From NCBI GenBank assembly GCA_049999805.1, contig JBNGIO010006223.1, forward strand, positions 224,743-288,742: a DNA stretch of 64,000 nucleotides, written 5' to 3'. Below are positions 56,239 to 64,000 of this stretch, piece after piece. Both the position numbers and the translations under genes were made by a program. The notes under the pieces were generated by a model. That model saw only the letters and a list, made by a program, of their open reading frames with translations, made no database searches and was not told the origin of the DNA. This DNA comes from Folioceros fuciformis. Taxonomy: Eukaryota. Each line of letters opens with the position of its first letter. The first letter of the stretch is position 1.

Positions 56239-58610
56239 TCAGTCTATTCGTGCCCTCATTCTCAGCAAAAGTTTCCAACACTTGTTTTTGTTGAGGTTGT
56301 TCGTTTGCGTGTGCACTAATTGTCTCACCTTCTGTTGAATTTGCTCCATAATGGATGCTATCCCAAAAGCTAAATCTGAATGCTCAAATGCGGTATCACA
56401 TACTTTAGCACATGTCGTTTTAATAAAATCCAACCGTTTTTCTTTTGCCATCTCCAATTCTGTCTTACATATTGGTGCCACCAAGGGGTTGCTAGGCAAT
56501 ACAATGTGTGGAGCTTCTTGATCCTGCATCCAAAAAGCCATAGCCAAGTTATTGGTATCACTACTTTCAGCAACATACGCTCCTTTTGTTCTTCCATTTT
56601 GCCTAGCTGCTGCTGCACCATCCTTGTATATGCCAAGGAGTTGTTGAACTTTCACCACATGCTTGCGGATGAAACCTTTGTTCCCCATTGGACATGAGTA
56701 TGTAGCCCAAGGAGAGTAAACATGTTCAATCACATACCACAAGTTAGGGTCGATGAAGACAAACAATGTGCAGCAACATTTTCAAAATGCGGTAAAATAA
56801 TTAAGCTCATAGAAATAATTTTTTGCACCCTTCATAGTGGTCTCCTCCAAAGCCTCCAGTTTCTTGTTATGCTTGTATCTCCCTTCTTTCGTGAAGTGCT
56901 GGTACCAATAATGTGGGGCAATCACATTCACTAATTGGTGTAGTAACCAATCTAGTCTACGACCAAGCAAACTTGACTTGCTAAATGCTGCATGTTTATT
57001 TATAAATCTATGGAATCCTTCCACAACTGAAGTTGTATGTTGCCCTGCATGAGGCAACATTCTAGCATTACACAACCACATATCTATAGTCTCTCCCCAT
57101 TGAACCTTCATATATCTCACAAACTCTCCTTCACTTGTTCCTCATTTGTCATAAAAATTGTGTAGCATACTTCTTCCTATGGAAACACACTGTAAAGATG
57201 TGCTTGCCCTTGTGACATACATAATATCCCCTAGCTTTGCCCATATTGAAATTCGATTACTTTGTGAGTGCACTTTCTTCAATAAATTTCGTCTCCACGC
57301 TTTCCGCACATGCCACAAGCATAATAATATAGGCATATTATGATTCCACAGTGAGCGCATAGTAGAAATCTCTGCCTGACAATCATCAACAAGGACTGAA
57401 CTAGGTGCCCAATCCTTGTTGATCTTTTCAACCTTCTTCTATAAAGCTGAAAGCCACTTGACAAGTGACTCAGAAGTAGCATCTTTTGTAATAGCCCATG
57501 CTACTGGAACACCATTCAAGTAATGGTCAAAACCCATCACAGTGAATAAGTGGTAGTGATACCTGTTCAACCCAAAAGTTGCATCCATAGCTAGCACATT
57601 ACCATTCCCATAAAGCAACATGTAATTTAACATAAAAGGAGTTTGAATACCCAAAGCGAAAGGTTGATTCTCGCTTGATTGATGGAAGATTATAGACACA
57701 TTTTGCTCCAACCACAGGGACACCGATGTGGCATCATCTGGGGCTAGCTTCCATTCACCAACTTCAACTTGTGTAAGTATATTGAGAACATCATATCTTT
57801 GCATATAATCATCTCTTACTAGCTCATATACCTCTGTCTGATTGTTGATTTGAGCATACAATGCATCTTGATGTCGACGCATTATTTCATGAACAGGAAC
57901 TTTGCAATATAGGCAATGCCTAATCCAATCCTTCTTTTCCTATGAAAGCCATGTTGCTCTGACATCACGGGATAAGCCTTCATACCCAAGCTCATGACAT
58001 ATAGCATTTGAAAGGTCAATATGCATATGTTCAAAAAGACCAATCTCAGCAACCGTAGGCCACACGAGAAGTTTCTTCACCCTAAAATTTGCTTGGCAAC
58101 CATGCTTGATACTCTCTCCACGGAGGACCTTACACTTAGCTGTATTAGCACCACGTGACACTCCCACCTCCTTTTGACGAAAGTCTTCCGGGCCGTAAGA
58201 ACACCAATACCTGCAAGCCACTCTCACAATGTTCATGCCTCCCTAAGTTATAAAACAATTTGCATACTTCAAACCTTCTTACCTAACATATAATGCAGCT
58301 GTATGCATTGTCAGTACTGGAGGGCAAGGTAAACTTCTCGGCCCTTTAGAATCCTTCTTGTAGAAGTTCGTAGGATGGGAACTTATAGCACTCATTCCCC
58401 CAATCAAGTCTCCCACTCTAGAAAAGAGTATGTGAGCCACCTTCACATGTTTTTTCTGCCCTGGTGCCCTAGAATGGTCATATTGAGAAGAACCCAGTTT
58501 AGGTCAGTATGGTTAAATAATCCTAATTTAGGAAGCTGCACTACAAAAGGTGTGTTAGTTGGTAACTCTTCTAAATTAATACAAGAACTCAAATCCATAT
58601 TATTATCCAT
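56239..58610 (-). pseudogene. Decayed MULE transposase with SWIM zinc finger
   Basis: YWCSYGPED, KHGCQANF, AMDATFGLN...LFTVMGFD...GVPVAWAI, VLVDD, LLCLWHVRKAW, TTSVVEGFH, GRRLDWLL, degenerate SWIM YSCP...IRKH. In-frame stops at 57940, 57439, 57142 and 56782. Confidence 0.88.
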
Positions 58611-58867
58611 AAATCACATTGCCCTATCCCAAAGAGAAAAAAAACCCTAACTGTAACCCTAATCTCAACCTTTAACCAAAATCCCTATCCCTAATCACAA
58701 GAGCGCTTGAAAGCAAAGATTGAACATGCCGCTCTAAACTCGCATCTAACGCTATGCAAATGACAAGGAGTTCACATACCATAAGCTTGTGAGCTAGGGT
58801 GGTGCACTTGGAGCGTTAAACAAGTATTATTAGTAACGTGTAAGCGGGTAAGTACGAGCAGCTTTCT

Positions 58868-58966
58868 CATGTCCCATGTTGGTGGTATGTAGCGCACTGG
58901 GCCTCAAAGCTTTTGGCCATGTCCCGTGTTAGTGGTATGTAGCGCACTAGCCTCAAAACTTTTGGC
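58868..58966. repeat. ~50-bp tandem duplication near the right inverted repeat
   Basis: catgtcccrtgttrgtggtatgtagcgcact...cctcaaarcttttggc at 58868 and 58918. Confidence 0.9.
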
Positions 58967-59328
58967 CACCTGTTCGGATTATGCATGACTCACCATAGCA
59001 TGGTGATGGGCAAGGACATAAAGAGGTACATGTCGTGGCTGTGGAGCGCCGTGCGGACACACGTGCCCGCCTTAATGGCCATCGGGTATCCATTTGCAAG
59101 CAGCTCCAAGTAGCCCGGGTTTGCTCTTCTCTTCCTTCTCGTTTTTCATGCAGACCTCGCTAGGAGTGTCTAGCACTGGGACTTCCCTTCTTCTCGTCTC
59201 CAATTGAGAGTCTTGTGTCTGAGTTCTTCTTTTTTTTCTATATATGATTATATTGATTATCTTATTTTTAGTTATCGATCTAGTGTTATTTTTAGTTATG
59301 GATCCTATGTTGTGCTTCATGCTTCAAG

Positions 59329-60480
59329 TTATTGTTCTTGTCTTTGTCTACGCCAATGCTTGACCAAGGCATTGTGTTGAACCAATGCAATACTCTTCAT
59401 AGCCTCTTCCTCTTCACTTGTCAAGATAACAGGAACATTATGTGGTAGAGGATACTCGACCACCCTTGGTTCCGAAGGTTCTAAGTCACCAGCAACAATG
59501 CAAAAGTTGTGCAAAACACAACAAGCAACATATTTCACGTGGACGTTGAGGTTCTTCAATATTTTGCACCTATTCTTTAATAAGAAGAAAGCATTCTCAA
59601 TGATAACTCGCAAAGAAGAAAAGGAAGAGTTGAATGCTCTTTGCTCTGCATTCATAGGCATTTTGAAGCCTTTCATAAGAAAAGGTCTCAGAGGATACGC
59701 GGAGTCACCAATGATGTAAGGAGGTACTAGAACTCCCTCCACTTCAATGATTGGCCCTGCAAATATCCATCTAGTGATTAGGCGCTGCCATAAGCTACTA
59801 TTCCGGAGAATACCAGCGTCATTTGAATCTCCCGGACTATTAGCACATATATCAATGAACATCTTCTCGTTATCACATACGGCTTGCACAACCATGCAAT
59901 GTATATCGTATCGTTTGCAGTGATAAGCAGCTGGAGTGTACTACTTAGCTGGTTTGGTGGCAAACTTGATAAGGGATCAATCTATAGTACCAACAATATT
60001 AGGCAATAGGGTCCGCTGCTCAAATGTTGTTGATATGTCAACCTGACGACGAATTGATGAAATGGTGATAAAAGAAGAATAGAGCTTGGTAGGATCACTT
60101 AAGATGGAAACAATGAGCTTAGTATACTCAACAATTGTGGCATCACCAACGCCATATTTCGAAGCAACGATGAGGGAAGGTAGACCCCTGTTGAGCCTAT
60201 GCAACACCAAAGCAATAGAGCTTTATCACACGGTATAGACGTTCTTGGTGAGGTTCGTACAAGGAAAGGATGCAGTTGTTGAACGAGAACTATGAAAGTT
60301 GGATATGACATTCGGTATTCTCTATGCCAATGCTCATCTCGTTTATCAGGACCTTTCCAAGTGCCAAGCTTGCATGTGTAGCTCTTCCCATAACCATGTA
60401 AAAGATGGAGCTTTCCACCAAATACGACTTTTTTGCATGTGCAAAGTCTCCACAAGAGCACCACATGAAGCTGCCATTTT
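59329..60480 (-). pseudogene. PIF/Harbinger (HARBI1-like, DDE_Tnp_4) transposase relic
   Basis: EYRMSYPTF, LHRL...KYGVG, LPNIVGTID*, VVQAVCD...FIDI...PGDSNDAGIL, IIGDSAYPL, RVIIENAF. Contains frameshifts and a stop. Confidence 0.9.
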
Positions 60481-60540
60481 ATGTGCTTGAGTGATGTACT
60501 TTGTTGCACAAATAACTGAATAAGTTAGCAAGTGATAAAC

Positions 60541-61055
60541 TATGTGGAAGTTTGCAATTTCAGAGCTGTTTCGGACGTCATCGTTCATTCCAATGAAAAA
60601 CTGACACCACAAGCTTGTAGAGCACGATGAGACAATTCTAATGGTATACAGCCCGTTTTGAGATTAACCTTACATTGGGACTGAATGGCACTTGAATTTT
60701 TGCTCAAAACTTTAAAAACTATCTAGAAATCTGCAATTTCAGAGCTGTTTCAGATGTCATCGATCATTCGAATCAAAAAACTGGCAACACAAACTTGTAG
60801 AGCACAGTGAGAGAATTCTAATGGTATATAGCTCGTTTCAAGATTAATCGTACGTTGAGACTGAATGGCACTTGAAGGTCTACTCAAAACTTATAAAATT
60901 ATCTGGAAGTTTGCAATTTCGGAGCTGTTTCAAAGATCATCTTTCATTCAAATGAAAAAGTGAAAACATAAGCTTGTAGAGATCAATGAGCTAATTCTAA
61001 TGGTATGTAGCTCTTTTCGAGGTGAGTCATATTTTGGGACTGAATGGCACTTGGA
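60541..61055. repeat. ~180-bp tandem repeat x3
   Basis: Copies start near 60541, 60720 and 60900 and share tgcaatttcrgagctgtttc, cttgtagag, aattctaatggtat and gactgaatggcacttg. Confidence 0.92.
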
Positions 61056-61071
61056 GTTATGGTGAAACCTT

Positions 61072-62800
61072 ACAATATTATAGCTAGCACAAACCATAAG
61101 CTATGACAAGTGCTAGAACCCCTTGATGTATCACTCCTCCTCCTGCCTTGAGCGCTTGGATACTTGTTTAACAGCTTGGCCAACTCTATTTGCGTAAATT
61201 GTTGGAGTTCAACAACCTTTATGCTCTGCTCTAGCCTTGTTTTCTCCATGTTTTGAAGGATCTCCAACCTTGCTCTCTCCATAATTTGGAGGTTCTCTTG
61301 CTTCACAGCTTCAACTCTTGCCCACACCTCTGCAAAGCTGTTGATTAATTCAGCTATCTTGTCTATCCCCGCACCAGAGAGCTTCCTCTTGGCTTGCTTG
61401 GAGACCTTCTTCGCTGTAACACCTTTGAGCTTTGTCACGTGAGTGAAAGGTGAATCACAAGAGTGATTGTCCTTGGATGTAGAAGGAGGAGTAGGGCCCC
61501 TAGTAGGAGTTGTAGGGGGTGGGGATGTAGGAGGAGGAGAAGAGGCAGGAGGGGAGCTTGCTGGTGGGTTGNNNNNNNNNNNNNNNNNNNNNNNNNNNNN
61601 NNNNNNNNNNNNNNNNNNNNNNNNNNNNNNNNNNNNNNNNNNNNNNNNNNNNNNNNNNNNNNNNNNNNNNNCAATATTATAGCTAGCACAAACCATAAGC
61701 TATGACAAGTGCTAGAACTCCTTGATGTATCACTCCTCCTCCTGCCTTGGGCGCTTAGATGCTTGTACCAAGAGCTTGGCCAGCTCTATTTGCGTGAATT
61801 GTTGGATTTCAACAACCTTCATGCTCTGCTCTAGCCTTGTTTTCTCCATGTTTTGAAGGCTCTCCATCCTTGCTCTTTCCATACTTTGGAGGTTCTCTTG
61901 CTTCACAACTTCAACTCTTGCCCACACTTCTGCAAAGTTGTTGATTGATTTAGCTATCTTGTTTATCCCAGCACTTGAGAGCTTCCTTTTGGCTTGCTTG
62001 GAGACCTTCTTCGTTGTAACACCTTTGAGCTTTGTCACTTGAGTGAAAGGTGAATCATAAGAGTGATTGTCCTTGGATGTAGAAGGAGGAGTAGGGCCTC
62101 TAACATGAGTTGTAGGGGTGGGATGTAAGAGGAGGAGAAGAGGCAGGAGGAGAGCTTGCTGGTGGGTTGTGATTGTGTGATGACTCACACACACCTTCAA
62201 ACATCCCAGATGCCACACCTTCACAAATATGCGTTTCAGCTAAATCTACAAAGCCTGGGTCATGCGAGTTAGGCATTCCTACCACCTTTGGATTGTTCGA
62301 CATGAAGGAATGCAGGGCTTCCCAAAAAGCCCACTCAGAAGCATACACTCCCGTGCCAAGCCTTTTGGCCTCTTGCTTATATTGCTTCATGAGGGAGTCC
62401 ATTTTGTTGCGACATTGCAGACCTTTTGGCACAAATCCCATACAAGAGGATGAAATCTTGATTGCAATAGCGTCCCAATGGTGGGAGGCAAGGTTCCCTT
62501 TGTGAAGATGGTTGACATACACCTCCTCCTCGTACGCTGAGATGAGAGCATGAGTGCTGTCTCTTGTCTATGCAACGACATTCTAGTTTCAAAGCCTAGG
62601 AATCAACTTGTAGCCCAGATGCGTTTGGGACAAGTGCTAGTTGTGTTGCCAACATGCTGTATTGGGACAGCGGATCCATGGGGAACAGATTGGGCAACTT
62701 CACGAACACTGTCCAGCACAAACAACGAAGAGTGAAGGAACCGTCCCCCACATACAGCGAAGGAAGAAGATGAGCCGGTGGTCACATGCACCCGAGATAT
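61072..62800 (-). pseudogene. Harbinger accessory Myb/SANT (trihelix-like) DNA-binding ORF, frameshifted; 3' part present twice around a gap
   Basis: HWDAIA...QCRNKMDSLMKQYK...WAFWEALHSFM, Pro/Ser linker, coiled-coil tail. 61072-61571 resembles 61672-62169. Confidence 0.82.
61572..61671. other. Assembly gap (100 N)
   Basis: Run of N. Confidence 1.
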
Positions 62801-63452
62801 ATCTTGGGTGCTTAAAAAAAAACATATGTCAAATGTTACGGGAAGGCCGCTCTGACATATACAGAGCTCTGTCCGTTAAAAGTAGGGTTGTTCCCTACTT
62901 TTAATAGACGAAGCTCCATTTCCTTTTAAAAGATCATTCTGTGGACTACATGACGGACAGAGGTGTTCCAATATTTAATGTAAGTAGCCCTACAAACGTC
63001 ATTCCAGAGGCAGATTCAAGTGGTTGGCCACCTTCTTCATTTTGTTTCGAATTTTGCATCCGATTTGATAAGTAAGATCGGATTTTCCTTCACTATGATT
63101 AGTAGCCACATTCAGACTTGTAGACGGCAATAGCCGTATGGTGATTTATCGCATTCTCCCCCACAGGACCAGGCATCTCAACCATACATGTTGGGATAGA
63201 CAACTAAATGCTCTATCTAGTTTGACAGTTAGGTGGTTGATAGTGGCAGGCTTAGAACCAGTTCGCATGAGTCTCAACTCGGACTCGGCTAATTTGCTCG
63301 GGTCAGAGTTCGGGTGTTCACATCTATTACAAAATCTGGACCCGTCTAAACGCCATATGCTGGTCTCATAGTATGTCAACCGGAATAGCAGGTTTTGGAG
63401 ATGTGAGACAAACTTTCTGTTCTTGTCCGTGAAGGTGTAAGAGCACCGAGCT

Positions 63453-64000
63453 ATGGATGCATCTATGCTGGAAACAATACTACCATTTTTGGTCCCTGTT
63501 ATAGCTGCACTCGTAACTATGCTTGAAGATCTAAAGCGCCTTCCAGATTTGGATGATACTACTTGGGTTACGTCCAATTTGGTAACTCGACAACTAGAGG
63601 TCATGAATTTAGAGGTTCAGGCAACAATCCTTGGACTGAATGGCTGCATAGGACTTCTTGCCTCCTTCCATAGAATCCCTCCAAGCTTGTGGTATGGATT
63701 GGAGTATGATGCCTACTACATCAAGCCTCATGTCAAGGATTTTTCGCTTTTGTATGAAGGTGTTGTTGCTGTTATAGATGAAGCTAGATTCAAGCGGTTT
63801 GTTTGATTCAAGCCAAGCTCATTCACGTACATCTATGGATTGGTAAGTCTTGAGATGCTCACTCAACGAGTTGATGGGTTCGGCAGCATACCAGATAGAA
63901 TCCTGGATATTGATAAACAGGCTGTTGTGGCTATACAAAGATAAGCAATTGGAGATAGTTACTTCAGTTTGGGTGAATTGTTTGGTCTTGGCACTAGCAC
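63453..64000 (+). pseudogene. 5' part of a second PIF/Harbinger transposase, runs off the window end
   Basis: DEARFKRFV*FKPSSF...IDKQAVVAIQR*AIGDSYFSLGELFGLGTST matches the Harbinger HTH pattern. Two in-frame stops. Confidence 0.75.

Larger units (their letters stand above)
54766..59090. mobile_element. MULE-like DNA transposon bounded by perfect 22-bp inverted repeats
   Basis: gatacccgatggccattaaggc (54766-54787) is the exact reverse complement of gccttaatggccatcgggtatc (59069-59090). The interval contains a MULE/SWIM transposase relic and subterminal tandem repeats. No clean TSD found. Confidence 0.7.

Overview
Gene-dense eukaryotic nuclear DNA from a land plant, with short GT-AG introns and three 100-N scaffold gaps. 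It is most likely a hornwort; this is inferred from the co-occurrence of DYW:KP-type and WW-type PLS-PPR genes, lengthened L motifs and compact gene spacing. Positions ~0.9-54 kb hold about 19 tightly packed genes: diacylglycerol kinase, lipase, SKIP30-like F-box/kelch, plastid-type kinase-like protein, MATE, LPAT2, RIQ1-like DUF1118, intronless KDSA, DUF760, two truncated WW-type PPRs, intronless SCY2, glucose-6-phosphate 1-epimerase, ANK-BTB, EDM2-like PHD protein, Tpt1, peroxisomal enoyl-CoA isomerase, a complete DYW:KP PPR and NSE3. Positions ~54.5-64 kb are a nest of decayed DNA transposons (MULE/SWIM, PIF/Harbinger with Myb/SANT ORF, a second Harbinger). Two observations stand out. (1) An intact PPR-DYW:KP gene, a candidate U-to-C RNA editing enzyme, has a hidden spliced targeting-peptide exon and ends in DRP. 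(2) A 22-bp inverted-repeat-bounded MULE-like element carries a convergently oriented spliced gene resembling a stand-alone MLKL/MCAfunc four-helix-bundle domain. All family assignments come from motif recognition by eye, with no database search, and exon boundaries are predictions.
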